This document shows, piece after piece, positions 1-13,902 of a DNA stretch of 64,000 nt (its first letter is position 1; each line of letters begins with the position of its first letter). The notes beneath the pieces were generated by a model, which did not search any database, was not told the origin of the DNA, and saw only the letters and a program-made list of their open reading frames with translations. A program made the position numbers and the translations under genes. The DNA lies in NCBI RefSeq assembly GCF_001194135.2, contig NC_068985.1, forward strand, positions 22,097,425-22,161,424, read 5' to 3'. Origin of the DNA: Octopus bimaculoides (Eukaryota).

Positions 1-471
1 CAATCCCAATACTTGCAGTAGTGGTAGTATGGAGGCATGCACTGTAACAGCATATCGCTTCATCCACCATTTGTTGGTGATTCACTACTCTTGGTGGATG
101 GCATTTTTGTGCCACTCAGGCAACAACCCTCCAAAACATGGGTCTGTTTGAGTAGTTGTTACTGGCAAGGGTTGGGTTTTACAAGGTTGGAGTGTAAATC
201 CTACCTCTGCTTCTTTTAGTCACCTTTCTATGACACAAACAACCTATTTTAAAGTGATTTTAATTTAAACATCAAAATCTTATGTTAATTTATGTTTCAA
301 ATACCAGCTTAATAATGACTAAATTATTTTACTAAATTCTTCATTATTTTTAAAAGTAATTAAAACAAAGAAGGTGTATGTCAACAGAAATATGGTAACA
401 AAAGTGTTATATCATATTTCCTAATATTTCAAAGGCCAAAATAAGTAACATTTCATTGAAAGACAAATATT

Positions 472-777
472 CTTTTCTACTCTAGGCACAAGGCCCAAAA
501 TTTGGTGGGAGAGGGCCAGTTGATTAGATTGACCCCAGAACACAACTGGTACTTAATTTCTTTTCTACACTAGGCACAGGGTCCGAAATTTTTTGGGGGG
601 GTGGGGGGCAATCAATTAGATCAACTCCAGTATGCAACTAGTACTTAATTTATTGACCCCAAAAGGATGAAAGGCAAAGTCAGCCTTGGCAGAATTTGAA
701 CTCAGAATGTAAAGACAGATGAAATACCACTAAGCATTTTGCCCGGTGTGTTAACGCTTCTACCAGCTCACTACCTT
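472..777 (-). mobile_element. tRNA-derived SINE with duplicated 3' segment
   Basis: Perfect 17-bp TSD attgaaagacaaatatt (455-471, 778-794); tRNA-like head with gagttcaaattc B-box on the minus strand. Related copies near 5870-6060, 15000-15180, 20720-20870, 28630-29080 and 62340-62530. Confidence 0.85.
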
Positions 778-990
778 ATTGAAAGACAAATATTACATCA
801 GGGTTTATAATTTGGCATTTCAGAATATACATATTCATTGACCAGTGAACAATTAGAAATATCAATACGCTTTCTTTTCTTTTATTTTTTTCTTCTTTGT
901 TATGTTCTAAGAGTTTTTCAAGAAATGTCATACAGAAATATTTCTCTTTCTTCAAAGAAATACATTTTATTAAATAAATATGATGCTTAC

Positions 991-1147
991 CAAACTGGTG
1001 CTGTAAGTGCCATAATGACTGAGAGTCCTGATGTAACTATGCATAGCAAAGGGAACACTAAGACTAATAAGAAACTCCCAAGACCGCCTTTCAATACAAA
1101 GTTCCAGAAACGATTTAAATGACGGGTAAAACTTTTTCCCAAGAAGC
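991..1147 (-). CDS. Coding exon FLGKSFTRHLNRFWNFVLKGGLGSFLLVLVFPLLCIVTSGLSVIMALTAPV(W)
   Basis: Acceptor ctttaattttcag, donor gtaagc, 157 nt, phase 1-2; long hydrophobic (TM-like) stretch. I found no further exon in 1-990. Confidence 0.92.
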
Positions 1148-1605
1148 CTGAAAATTAAAGAAAAAAATCAATATTTTTTTAGTTCATACATACTTGTACA
1201 TAAAGCAGAAGTTCCTATCATGCTATGAATATTAAATCATGAAACTGGAATATTTTCAAAATTTTATTTATTTCTCTTTTTAATTTTTGTGAATTTCTTT
1301 TATACTTTAAAAATAAACATGCCAATATATTCTAAAAATTAAACATCATTTCATTCCTGCTCATGTTATACAAAAACAGTTTATCCTTTAACATAGAAAT
1401 AGAATTAAAAGTTAATATTAATAAAATTTCTATTTAACTTTTTAAACAGCTCAGCACCCACAACTTACAGAAATAATTTTTTGCACTCAGAATTATCAAA
1501 GCTTGGAAGAAACTACTCACATCAGTTGTTAGCTATCAGGACACTGCATCCTTCAAGAATTTCTTGCTTACTGAAATTCGCCAACACTACTCCTGACATG
1601 CTTAA

Positions 1606-1820
1606 CCCTTTCGTTACCAACCCAGCTGAAACCGGCTCTGAGTACAAATGTCTTGTTTTCATGAGTTTTGAATTAAAATCTTCCACCAAACCTTAGTCAC
1701 ATTTAATGTTCCTAACACTAGCTGAATGATAACTAAGTTAGTTTACTAAATTCTTTGTTATATTTAAAATCAATTGAAAGAAACATAGAGCATCTCAAAA
1801 TAAATACAGTAACGAAAGGG
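1606..1820. mobile_element. piggyBac-like MITE
   Basis: TTAA|ccctttcgttac ... gtaacgaaaggg|TTAA. Confidence 0.88.
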
Positions 1821-3350
1821 TTAATGAAACTCTGTCCTTTTTATGACTTTTAATGTTTTCTATTTTTTGTGTTTTATTCTGTGTACTGTACAGGAACTTC
1901 TAGCTTTCATTGAGGTCTTTCATTACTTGACTTATTGCTGCTTTTTTTTCTCCCCTCTTTTAATTTTTTTTTTTTTGAGAAGTTGTAGTACACCTGAGCC
2001 ACTGTATACAATAAGCTCACTGTTATTATTTATATTATTTAAAAATTTTTTACATTGCTGTAATTTTACATTGCACAAAATAATAAATAAATGAAAATAC
2101 TTCTACTGAGAGCTAGAGAAGCTACTTTTATTAACATCAAATCATCTGAAACATTCAATTCAATTGACAAATAGATGAAAAGTCATGGAAGGAACCACAA
2201 ATAGTGATTTAAATCAATTTATTAGAAAACAGTAATTTACTGTCAACTATTTTATATACGAATTAATAATCCAATTCATAAGTCTTATCTACCTGTGTCT
2301 CTCCTCCTTCCTTCACCCATCTCTGTACTCACTTCATTCATCCCTGTATCACTTATACTCCTCCATCTCATCTCCCCATTACCTGTACTGCTTACAAATG
2401 AATGACACATGCTACAGAACATACATGCATTCAATTCCCTCAACCACCTGTACCACCATCCTCATCATTCTAACACACGCTTCCATCATTAGGTATATGT
2501 ATAAGAGACTACATCAAACTATCTGTACCCAGTACAGTTTAACTTTGCCCTTTGTTCACTGCCAACTATTCTCAACACCCACCACCACCTCTTGCCTTTG
2601 TCAACCTCTGTTATTGTGCATCACAACCCTTCCTGACACCACCCCAGAAATTACTTCTATCATCATACTTCTACTCCTTTCATTCAGCGTTTCTTGTCTT
2701 TCTGTTGTCATCACTCTCTCTCCTGCTTGATTACATTACCTGAGTGAGCAAAGTTACACATCTTAGGTTACGAAGTACTCTCTACACTTATAGTGTACAA
2801 GGCACTCCACCCCTTATGCTGATGTTACTGTAGAAAATCTGCCTCAGTCTCTGTGCACCCTTTAGAGTGATTGGTGAGTGAACAGAAGACAAAGAGTCTT
2901 CAGAGGTCTCTTTAGTCCTGTCTTGCTGAGCGCTATTCAACCTCTCCAGCGCTGGTACCACAAGAAAAAGCATCCAATATATTCTGTAAAGTGGTTGCTA
3001 ATAGGAAGGGTATCTAGCTGTTGAAACCAATCTAAAATGACACATATGAGCATGAACTTATGACAGCAGTGGCTCTCAATAAGAAGCATTTCAGCTCCTG
3101 ATGGTTCATCCAACCCGTGCCAGCATAGAAAGAAGATGTAAAGCAATGATGATGATGATAATTCAGTGGAGTTGGAAATCCTTATACAACACTAAGAAAG
3201 CACAGTATTTTCCTTAAAAGATTCACAAAAATAATTTTAACAATTAATGATCTTTTTTAAAGATAATATTTATTTAACTAATGAAATATGCTTTTTCATC
3301 AGATTGTTGCTTGTATCTTATTTGTTAGTTTATGCATATAAAACTCCTAC

Positions 3351-3465
3351 CTGCATGAGGAGCCGCCTCGAAATCTGCTCTTGATTTATGCACATTTTGC
3401 CACAGCAGTCGTAAACGGGATATCAGTGTATGTACAACATAAGATTCTTTTGGATATAAAACACC
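3351..3465 (-). CDS. Coding exon GVLYPKESYVVHTLISRLRLLWQNVHKSRADFEAAPHA(G)
   Basis: Acceptor cttttttttag, donor CAG|GTAGGA, 115 nt, phase 0-1. Confidence 0.92.
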
Positions 3466-4332
3466 CTAAAAAAAAGAAAAGAAAAATTAAAACATGGTCA
3501 TGACTTACCAACATTTTCTATGAAGAAAAATTATTGTAACACACCTCTCTCTCTCTCTCTCATGCCTCCTCTTTTAATGCATTCATACAGGGAAGGTTTT
3601 TAACATATGCATACAAATATAAAGGTAGAAACATAAATTAAAATATTTTTCAAATTATCATATAAAGTAAAAATTCAGCATAAAGAGAGATCAACTAGAA
3701 GATTGTCTTTTAGTTATGAAATACAATGCAAATCTCCAAAAATGAATAAATAGATAAATAAATAAAGTCTGAGGCATAAAGAGTTGCTTTGGAAAATATA
3801 TTCAAATGATAATGATAGAGAAGAACCAAATGGAAAAGTAGCATGGTTTACTTCAGAGTTATGTAGGAGATTTGGAATTAAATGTATGATTGTACACAAT
3901 CAGTCTTGAAGGCCTGGAAAATTAATCTTATATTATTATTGGATTGAAATTTGCTTTTCTTTGACAATAAGTGCAAGATATGTCTGAAAGAGCATCTTTC
4001 CAGAAAATTCAACTCCACCTCTTCTCACCTACATGGCACAAATTCCTCAAATCATCTTCATTTACCCTAACACATTGTACTATTTCACTCATTATACATC
4101 ATCCATTTACATCAGCACAATCATATTTCTTGGATGTATTAGCTGATGCTTTTTATACTCATGGATTTCCCCAGCATACTGTCATTCATTCTATCCCTCT
4201 GGTTCCTGTTACACAACTAGATATTATTGAATCTATTTCTGTTCTAGTTACTGCCGATCCCCTCTCTTCATGGCCTTTATTAGCAAAGTATGAACACTTT
4301 TACAAGAAAGGGAAATAACAGGTAATATTTAC

Positions 4333-4422
4333 ATCAACTTGACTGAGTTCCAAGTCTGGCTTGAATGGATGAACACAAAACAAAGCTCGAAAACTAACAG
4401 GACTAAATAAAGGGATTACAAC
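4333..4422 (-). CDS. Coding exon VVIPLFSPVSFRALFCVHPFKPDLELSQVD
   Basis: Acceptor ttgctactttcag, donor gtaaat, 90 nt, phase 0-0. Confidence 0.9.
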
Positions 4423-7400
4423 CTGAAAGTAGCAAAAAGATTAATAGAAAACAAACAGAAAAGATACATTTTTGTGTGTGTCTTACAATATTTTCAAAGG
4501 TGAACAGAGTGTTTGATCATTTTATGAAATGGAGGAGAGGTTTAGAGAGAAGAGTGACAGTGAAACTGTAATTCTAATATCTCAAGTAGTAATAAGAGCA
4601 ATAGGAAGAATGAGAAGCAGACATAAGAATAATATAATTAGAAATGGAATAGTTCAAATCTGGATAATTCTCAGTAAGCAAAGAAAAACTGGGGATGTTC
4701 AGAACAGCAGTCACCAGTATCTTTTATCTTTTACTTGTGTCAGTCATTTGACTGCGGCCATGCTGGGACACCACCTTGAAGGGTTTTAGTCAAACAAATC
4801 AACTCCAGGACTATCTTTTTTTAACCCTAAAACTTATTCTATCTGACACTTTTTGCCAAACTGCTGTTATGGGGATGTAAACACACCAACACCGATTGTC
4901 AAGCAATGGCAGGGGACAAACAAACAGCAAGAAAGTTGAGGATAAGTAATGGTAATGTTGCATGAGTACAACATTAAATATTTCCTATGAGAATGTAATA
5001 GTTGAAAAGGTTTGTTAGAACATATATGTTGAACATGTAGGTGCAGGGACGTGCTACCACAACACGAACGGTGATGCCTGCTTCGTGACTCCTGCACCAA
5101 GTGTGGTAAGAAGCTTGCTTCTCGAACCACATGGGTCTGGGTTCATTCCCACAGCATGGCACCTTGGGCAAGTATCTTCTACTGTAGCCTGAGACCAACC
5201 AAAGCCTTTAGCATTCATATTACTCTGTCAACAAAAATGCTTATTTATTTACATTATTTAGAATTAATTATACATTATCTTGTAACTTTGTAACTTCAAT
5301 GATGTAATTGTTCATTTTTCGAATGACATTATAGAGTAGGTGCAAGAGGCTGGAACTGGCCAGTTTGAACCTAAAACAGGTAAAATATTTTGGCCTGATA
5401 TAGCCAGTTTAAATGCTAAAGGGGATCAAAAGTTATACACTAAATTACCGTTATTGTTATACAAATATACTCTTTTTAACATTATCAGCAGATAAAATTA
5501 TTTATTTTGTTCATAGAATGCTTAGCAAACTGTTTCAGAATAATTTCAGTTTTTGAAATTAATCTTGCATAACTTTGAATCGAGCAACACAGCAGAATTT
5601 TATGAAGAAAAACATCTAAGAGAGATAACTCTTTACATTAGATTTAATTATTAAGGCTATTTTTAGAATCTTGTGAAAAGGGATATATGAAAATTATCAA
5701 TAAAATAATATAAAATACTTCAAAAAGAAACAAATATTAAATTTAGCTCAGATGGTTGAGAGAGAGAAAATATAAATAGTATGTAAAAGTAATGATAAAT
5801 AGAAATAAATGGAAAATTTCATGCATAGTAAATAAAAGTGACCAGACAGTTTTGTTATTAAAGATATGAAGGAGGTGGCAAGATGGCAAAATTGTTAGCA
5901 TGCCAGACAAAATGCTTAGTGGCACTTCATTCATCTTTATATGGTGAGTTCAAATGCTGCTGAGGTCTTTGATCCTTCCAGGGTTGATGAAATAAATACC
6001 AGTCAAGTACTGGGTTGATATAACTGATTAGACCCGTCCCCCAAAATGTCAGGCCTTGTGCTTATAGTAAAGAAGACTATTAAAAATATGAAGGAGAAAT
6101 TTCTTGAAAACTATATTTGTTAACTCAATTATAACATTACAAAGACAGTGAAATGATCCAAGATTTCTCACACTAGATATTTCCTGTTTCAGTCATGATT
6201 TGGACTATTTTTGATATGGTATTTTAGGTTGTAAAGAGAGAGTCAAAATATATTTTATACATATATATGTATGCACACTCTTTTACACTTTTACTTGTTT
6301 CAGTCATTTGACTGTGGCCATGCTGAAGTACCTCAATCTACTTTTACATAGATATTACAAAGTCTTACTGGTCATAGAACTAGAAAGTTGAAGTGGATTC
6401 AATTCATATGAATTAACGTCAATTTTTGTCTATATATGCAAGATTTTGATATCATTGTGACATGTCATATGAGACAATGGCTTAGTGGTTAGGGTGTTGG
6501 ACTCATGATTGTAAGATTGTGATTTTAATTCCTGGACCAGGCAATGTGTTGTGTTCTTCAGCAAATCATTTCATATGTTGCTCCAGTCCACTCAGCTTGT
6601 AAAAATGATTAATCTTGTCCAGGGAGGAATATATACACCAGAGAAGCCAGGAAACCAGAAAACCGCTCCTTATAGAGTAATGTGGACTAACTGATATGAG
6701 ACAGTAACTACAAGTATTATTCGCATAAAGTGCAGTGATGGATTGGTTGACAGAAAACAATATCTTCTTGATGTATAAGTGTTTTATATGAATGTGCAAA
6801 AAAGGCTGTTCTATAAACAAGTCTATTCCATGCATATAATGTTACATGTATGTTTGATACAGCAGTTAATCTGCTTTGTAAATTCTGAAATTTAATCAGA
6901 TCTGTGTATTTGTTTGTTTGTTCCAACTATTTCTTGGTTTTTAAATCTACTTAAAATGGGATGTAATTATATATTTCAGATGAAGTGTTGTTAAGTTTTT
7001 CTTCATCCCATTTCTAGAAGAGAATACTAAAGTATGATAACCAGTATTTGATGCAAAAGCACTGACACTGTCAGGTACCAAGTTAGGAATGAATCAATTA
7101 CACACTGATTTAATTTAGTATGGTCATCATCATTTAATGCTTCACTTTTCCATGCTTGCATGGGTTGAAAGGAATTTGTTGAAGTAGATTTTTTTACAAC
7201 CTGATGCCCTTCCTGTCACCAACCAACCTTCACCTGTTTCCAAGCAGGGTAATATTTTCCCCATGTCCAGACATGTTTTCATGGAAGATTGGAAACAAAG
7301 GACACTGCTTGCATTATGGTGACATTCATTTGTAACTATCACATAAACCCAAAACAAGGAGACAGTAAAACTCACAAGTACACACACATATAAGACCATT

Positions 7401-7737
7401 GTGTGTGTGTGTGTGTGTGTGTGCAAACACACACATACCAAATCCACTCACAAGCCTTTGGTCAGCCTGGGGCTATACAAAAAGACATTTGCCAAGGAAC
7501 CATGCAATGGAACAGAAGCTGAGACCATGTAGTTGGGAAACAAATTTTCTACCACAAAGCCATGCTTGTCCCTTAATTCGCTATTATAAATAAATTGAAT
7601 TAAATGAAATCATTGATGACAGAAACACAGAATATGTTCTTTTGAAATAGACAAAACACTAAAATAATATAAAAGAAAAAAATGTTCCTATATTATACAT
7701 TGTTTCTTAATAAAAAAATTATATATTTAGAAATTAC

Positions 7738-7863
7738 CAAGAAAAAAAACATAGAGTTCCACATCCAGGCCCATGTCCTATGTACATAATTCCACCACCT
7801 CCACATAGGATAACGAGTGCTGGTCTTCCGGCGCATATATTTGTCAACTGTGTATGTATCAAT
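7738..7863 (-). CDS. Coding exon IDTYTVDKYMRRKTSTRYPMWRWWNYVHRTWAWMWNSMFFFL
   Basis: Acceptor gtttttcag, donor gtaatt, 126 nt, phase 0-0; Trp-rich, leads into a hydrophobic segment. Confidence 0.92.
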
Positions 7864-8323
7864 CTGAAAAACATGTAAATGAAAATCTATAAAGAACATA
7901 TTCAGTTATGGTAAATATTTATAAGTAATTATTGATTATTTTCTTAAAGAAACACAGCTCTGGAAACGTCATACTGGTATATTTAGTATAATTGTATTAT
8001 ATATTGTTTTGCTGCTCTCTTGTGGCCCAGGAATGGTGTTCATATATTCAATTATGGTTATTAAAAAAAGATAGTATCTAATGGGTAAAGAAACAGTGAT
8101 GATAAGTGGGGAAGGTTTAATAACTAAGATGGTGGCCATGGCAATAGTCATGACAACCATAACACCCTATTTTTGAAGACTTACAAACATATTCCAATCC
8201 CTGGCCTATGGACAGCATGTCCCTTTTATGACTAATAGATAGGCTGCCATTTTATAACCATGCTGTGGTCAGGGGCAGTTAACTCTTAAATGACTGACCA
8301 CATAAAACTGAAATACTGTAAGA

Positions 8324-8620
8324 CAGGGGTTTTCAAACTGTGGTCCGTGGACCACAGGGGGTCTGCAAGGACAAGACAGGGGGTCCGTGAACAGCAAATA
8401 CTTTTTATGGGCAATTTGATTTTATATATGTTTTTTAATCGAAATCTTTTAATTGACAATAAACCTATTTGTTAAATATTGTTAAATAAATAAATGTAAA
8501 AATATATGTTATTTTAAGCAAATATTTATGTATAAATTTCATAAGCGTTTATAAGGGGGTCCCTAAGGTAAAGCCTGAAATATAAAGGGGTCTGCAAGTC
8601 AAAAAGTTTGAAAACCCCTG
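8324..8620. mobile_element. hAT (Charlie-like) MITE
   Basis: Perfect 16-bp TIR caggggttttcaaact / agtttgaaaacccctg and perfect 8-bp TSD ctgtaaga (8316-8323, 8621-8628). Confidence 0.93.
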
Positions 8621-9994
8621 CTGTAAGATATGGGAAATCTTTCCCTATAAGCAGTAGCAACACTGTAAAATTGACAAGTGTTTCATTAGCTGGCATTGCT
8701 GAGTTTAGTTGTTCCTCTGAGTATGACCAAAGGAGCAGTTCAGTTTCACTGGTCTAGCCACATCTAAATCAAGAGGATTGATTGCTGGTAGCCTCTAATA
8801 ATGAGAGAAGCAAAGTAATTGATTTGGTTGACAGCAAGTTGACAAAGTGAAACAGTGAATTGATTAATTCCTAGCAATATCTGAAGAAGGAATTTTTATA
8901 TTCCGAAATATTATATCAGACTATGAATAATTAAATTATAACACTTATTATAGTCCACTCTGCATTGTTGTGCCATTCAAGACATGTTATATTTCACAAA
9001 TAAGCTTATATTTTATGACAGGTTAATTCTAATATTTCAAATAAGAAGAAGAAATTAAATGTGCATTGGATGGCTTTAAATAAAGTTAAGCACTGAAAGA
9101 AAAAATGGGAGAAAGAGACGGTACCAGGAAGTATTGTAGGTGGTAGAAAGTCAACGACCAGAATGGCAATGAGAAAAAGAAGGAAAAGAGATAAAAACTG
9201 GAAACTCTCAATGCATATGCATATAGATGCAATGATACACCACAATGACTGTCATTTGTTTTCTTTGACTTTAATAATTTACTTTTCTATTGCTAATAGT
9301 GTCAATTAATTCTTTTTCAGTATATCTGGAGTTATGAAAAATGAAGACAAATAGAAAATAATACAAATATAAAAGATACCATTCATGTAAATTTGCTGAA
9401 CCTGTTACATGTACATCACTATGAATGTAATTTTCTTTTTTACCATTATCATTACAGAAAAAAAAAGCTATTCTATCTTGCATTAAGAAAGATTGTTCTG
9501 GTGAACGAAGACTAAGACTCAGTATTCATTTACAGATGAAATAATTTCACAATTTCACATTTCCCCTCTCCTATAGATGTGAATCATTTTGACTATGAAA
9601 TAACCCATCTTCTGTCAAATCACTTAATAAAAAAATTTGTAGAGATATCCTTAACATACAGTAGAACACGGTATTGACTTATAAAAGCATTTAATATACT
9701 TTGCAGTATATTATGGCTGCATAACAAAATACGATGTCCCTACAGGTCATTATCCTCTGTTAAATGACAACAATTTGGGTCCAGTCTATTTAACCTCAAT
9801 CAGACCTTTGAAATATAAATATGTTTTCTCCAGAAACATAAAGAAATTTCTTTTTGCTTAAATTTCTAAATCTAATGTTTATATTATTTTTTGAATAATG
9901 GTTTGAATTGATGTTTACTATATTTTGCATGGCATTATATGTATAAACATACAAATTGTTCAAATCTGAAATTATCAATTTAGATAACTATTAC

Positions 9995-10180
9995 CTCCTT
10001 TTTGCCAGCTGGTCCAGTTGAAAGCACCCTGTTCATAATAATAGTTGGCACGACTTCTGTATCTCCTCTAAACTGTCTTACAACAAGCCAGTGTTGAGGG
10101 AACCAAATCTTGGTTGCAAATGTGAAAACCCTTGTTGGTACTTTAACCTTGCCAAGTTCCTTGCGTAGAATTGGTTCTCT
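9995..10180 (-). CDS. Coding exon REPILRKELGKVKVPTRVFTFATKIWFPQHWLVVRQFRGDTEVVPTIIMNRVLSTGPAGKKE
   Basis: Acceptor tttttttcag, donor GAG|GTAATA, 186 nt, phase 0-0. Confidence 0.92.
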
Positions 10181-10903
10181 CTGAAAAAAATTGAATTGTA
10201 TTTAGGTTCATGTCTACTTTTTCATTTTTACATATACAAAAATACTCTTAAAAATTTATAATAGATAGGAGTCAAAAATTTAAAATCCCTCTATCTCTCT
10301 CACATGTACATATGCATGCACATGCACACACATACACACACACGTGCACAGATGAAGTTAGCTAACTATTCAAATAACAAGATAATAATGGTTAACACAA
10401 CTAATTTGGGGGGAAAATTATTTTAGATGTGATGCCGTTCAGGTTTGTACCAGGATGGAGGACCACTACTGCTCTCTTCCTAGTGAGACAACTAGAAAAA
10501 AAGTTTGGTAAGAACTCATATTATGAAAGCAAGAGTAAGTAAAGGCAGTGCTGTTTCTTTTTTTAAATATAATGTGAGCACAATAAAATATCACAGATTT
10601 ATGAAAACCACCACAGCTTGTTTAAGAATAAGCAGAAGTCAGAGAGACAGAAAGATAGGTAAAGAGAAGGTGAAGTAACTCTTTGAATGAATGTAAGCAA
10701 TAAAATCACCTTATTTTTTAATTGACTTTATAAAACGAATGTAATAATGATAGCAAAGCTAGAGTTAATAACAGGATCTATTATTTTGTTAATGCTATCA
10801 CTCAATAGACTATTTTTCTACACAGGCAGAGACATAGCTGTGTTTTTAAGAAGCTTGCAACCATGTGGTTCCAGATTCAATCTCACTGCACACACTTTGG
10901 GGT

Positions 10904-11242
10904 TGTTGAGACCCCCTTCGGTCATGACTGACCATAGGATTGCACCTAGAAAGTTACCCTCCCAGGCACAAGTCCGGGTAAGGTTGTTTACGGAAGACCA
11001 GCAGTCGCCCATGCATACCGACCTCCCCTCTCCACACCACTAATGTTATCCAAGGGAAAGGCAAAGGCTGATACAGCTTGGCACCTGTGACGTCGCAACT
11101 CATTTCTACAGCTGAGTGAACTGGAGTAACGTGAAATAAAGTGTCTTGCTCAAGAATACAACATGCAGCCCGGTCCAGGATTCAAACTGACAACCTCACG
11201 ATCGTAAGCTCGACGTTCTAACCACTGAGCCATGCGCCTTCC
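10904..11242 (-). mobile_element. Young tRNA-derived SINE nested in an older SINE
   Basis: 13-bp TSD cacactttggggt (10891-10903, 11243-11255); head ggcgcatggctcagtggttag...gtttgaatcc; CpGs retained. The host SINE runs on from ~10830 to ~11340. Confidence 0.88.
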
Positions 11243-12259
11243 CACACTTTGGGGTAAGGGTCTAATAACTGAAGTTAACTAATAATTTATGAGTGTAATT
11301 TGACAAGTGGAAACTGTGAGGAAACCTGTTGTGTGCATGTGAATGTATGTATATAAATGTGTATGTGTGTATTTGTTTGTGCTTGGGTTTATGCTTACAC
11401 TGATATAAAAATTGGTGTTGTTTATATTGTGTTCTTTATGTCCTGAAACTTAAAACTATGACAAATAGACATTGTTGAAATGAGTACCAGAACTACTGGA
11501 TTCAATATGAAAGCTCAAACCCTTGAAGTGGGTGAGGGTGCAGCATGGTCACATTCCAATGACTGAAACCAGTAAAAGAATAAAAGAAAGTATAATTACA
11601 TAGATATAATTTCCATTAGTCTATAGCATTATTTAATGTCAATCAAGACTTTATTTATCCTACACATGTGTAACAGAGTCTAGATGCAGTCATCTAAGGG
11701 GGATTAGCCCTATTAACTTTAAGAAAATGGCTCACCTCAAGGCATTTTGTTACTAGTGTCATACATTGAAGTGTGGCCTGACAAGTACTTACAGTCATGT
11801 TAGAATTTTAATTCAGTTACCATCAACATAATCTCATCCATTTTTCCCTGGCTACATGAGTTAGGTGTATTCTCCAACATGTCATTATCACTAACATGTC
11901 CTTTTTGAGGTTTGACATTCTCGGCTCAGCTTTCACCAGTGCTTTTTGCATTTACCTTTTTACCTGGCACCTTCTATTTGTTCAATTTGATATGTTTTAT
12001 CCACCTGCCATTCTTCATACACATCACATGGCCCTACCACCACAGTTGTCTCTCCTGCACACTACATCTGATATCTCTTGCACCCTGTTTCTCTCTCATC
12101 TCATTTATGCTTCCTCCTTCATGTATACTTATTTACACATCCAGTGGAACTTGCATATAGTTTCATTCCTACCTTTGTACATCCACCACATTCAATGCCC
12201 ATATTTCATTACTGTGTAGCATTACACTTCAGGCACAAGAATCATACAATCTACCATCT

Positions 12260-12361
<102 letters not shown>

Positions 12362-12429
12362 CTCTGTTGCCTACAGAGGTAACAACTTCATGAATTCTTT
12401 CTATCCCTTTCTTGTTCTGGTAACTATAC

Positions 12430-12900
12430 TTATAGAATACCCACCTCCCTTATAGATTAGGCAATCCAGGCAACAGAATCTATCAACTGGGATATGTTTG
12501 GGGCATTTGAAAAACTCATCTCTTAGGTGTTCTTGCAGCTACCCAGTCCTGTATATCTATTACATAAGAAGTCCTTCTTCTTTGCCATTCACTTATGATT
12601 CCATAGTTTACGTTAGATACGCAGTTTAGAAGTCCAACCTATAACTTTTCAGTAATTCAATCATTGTCACTTCCCACACATCAACAGAGATCTGTATTCT
12701 TTCTTGCTGACTAAAACTTTTGTCATTTACTAGATTTACTTTTAGACTTCTTTAGTTTAAGCTCAGCTATCATGTTTGGAATTGTTTCTTTAATTCTTTA
12801 ACTGCTTCAACCGTGAGAACAAAACCATCTGTACACAAGAGTTCCCATAGACAGCTAGTTTTGAACTCCTCTGCTATGGTGCAAGTCAATAAAGTATTCA
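12430..12900 (-). mobile_element. Decayed RTE-clade LINE reverse-transcriptase fragment
   Basis: Translates as EEFKTSCLWELLCTDGFVLTVEAVKELKKQFQ, a decayed form of the PWELLYADDL RT motif; many stops. Confidence 0.65.
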
Positions 12901-12989
12901 TCAACTAAACACTACTTTAACTGATTACTATGGGAAATGGTATTTACTCATGTCTACCCGTTTAGATCAAGTTAGATTGAAACAGATAG

Positions 12990-13370
12990 AGATTCGGGTG
13001 CAGCCATGCTGGAGCACCGCCTTTAGTCAAGCAAATCGACCCCAGGACATATTCTTTGTAAGCCTAGTACTTATTCTATCAGTCTCTTTTGCCAAACCGC
13101 TAAGTTACGGGGACATAAACACACCAGCATCAGTTGTCAAGAGATGTTGGGGGGGAGGGGGGCAAACACAGACACACAAACACACACATATATATATATA
13201 CATATATACGATGGGCTTCTTTCAGTTTCCGTCTACCAAATCCACTCACAAGGCTTTGGTCGGCCCGAGGCCATAGTAGAAGACACTTACCCCCGTGCCA
13301 TGCAGTGGGACTGAACCCGGAACCATGTGGTTGGTAAGCAAGCTGCTTACCACACAGCCACTCCTGCGCC
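12990..13370 (-). mobile_element. Near full-length CORE-type tRNA SINE (most abundant family in the window)
   Basis: Head aggcgcaggagtggctgtgtggtaag...gggttcagtccc, a CORE-like block matching ccttgggcaagtgtctt in other copies, and an internal CA/TA microsatellite. Other copies or fragments near 4.7-5.2, 7.4-7.6, 23.4-23.6, 24.2-24.5, 31.5-31.9, 34.4-35.1, 47.2-47.9, 48.7-48.9, 49.9-50.0, 53.0-53.7 and 56.9-57.1 kb. Confidence 0.85.
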
Positions 13371-13532
13371 TTTTCTATCAGAAGGCTAATATCCTACTGA
13401 CTCAACCAACTGCATCACACTTATTTTTAAAAAATTACTTAATGTTTGATAAAAAGACTTCCTCTATGTTTTATTATATAAAAGAAAAGTATATTGTTGC
13501 TGATATCTTTTACAAAATTTCCAAATATTTAC

Positions 13533-13652
13533 CTCCTTGATAAAGTTGAGGTCCCTTCGCAGAAAGTAAACTGCTTGTTTTAGATCTTGTTCCTCACAAA
13601 GACTAACCGCAATATCATGGGCTGACCACAGATTTTGATTAATGAATTCTTC
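13533..13652 (-). CDS. Coding exon EEFINQNLWSAHDIAVSLCEEQDLKQAVYFLRRDLNFIKE
   Basis: Acceptor ttattatttttag, donor GAG|GTAAAT, 120 nt, phase 0-0. Confidence 0.92.
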
Positions 13653-13785
13653 CTAAAAATAATAAAAGAAAACAGCTTTAATAAATCATTTAATTCGGTA
13701 AGCGCCTAATAAATACAAATTAGGCTAAAAGTTCTAAATGATAGTCTGAAGCACAACAAATTGAGGGGAAAATATGGTTTCTCAC

Positions 13786-13866
13786 TTCAAAACGTTCCAA
13801 TTGCTCATTTTTCCAGGCTGGGATTCGAGATTTCACTGGGTATTTAACTTTTAAATGTTCCATTAA
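13786..13866 (-). CDS. Coding exon LMEHLKVKYPVKSRIPAWKNEQLERFE
   Basis: Acceptor ttttctgcctcttcag, donor gtgaga, 81 nt, phase 0-0. Confidence 0.9.
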
Positions 13867-13902
13867 CTGAAGAGGCAGAAAAGAAAAGAAAAATAATAGG
13901 TT

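Noticed and set aside
2788-2973. ORF MLFLVVPALERLNSAQQ...
   Set aside because: Lies within a SINE/retroposon body with a (GAT)n tail at ~3150; not needed for the gene's phase chain.
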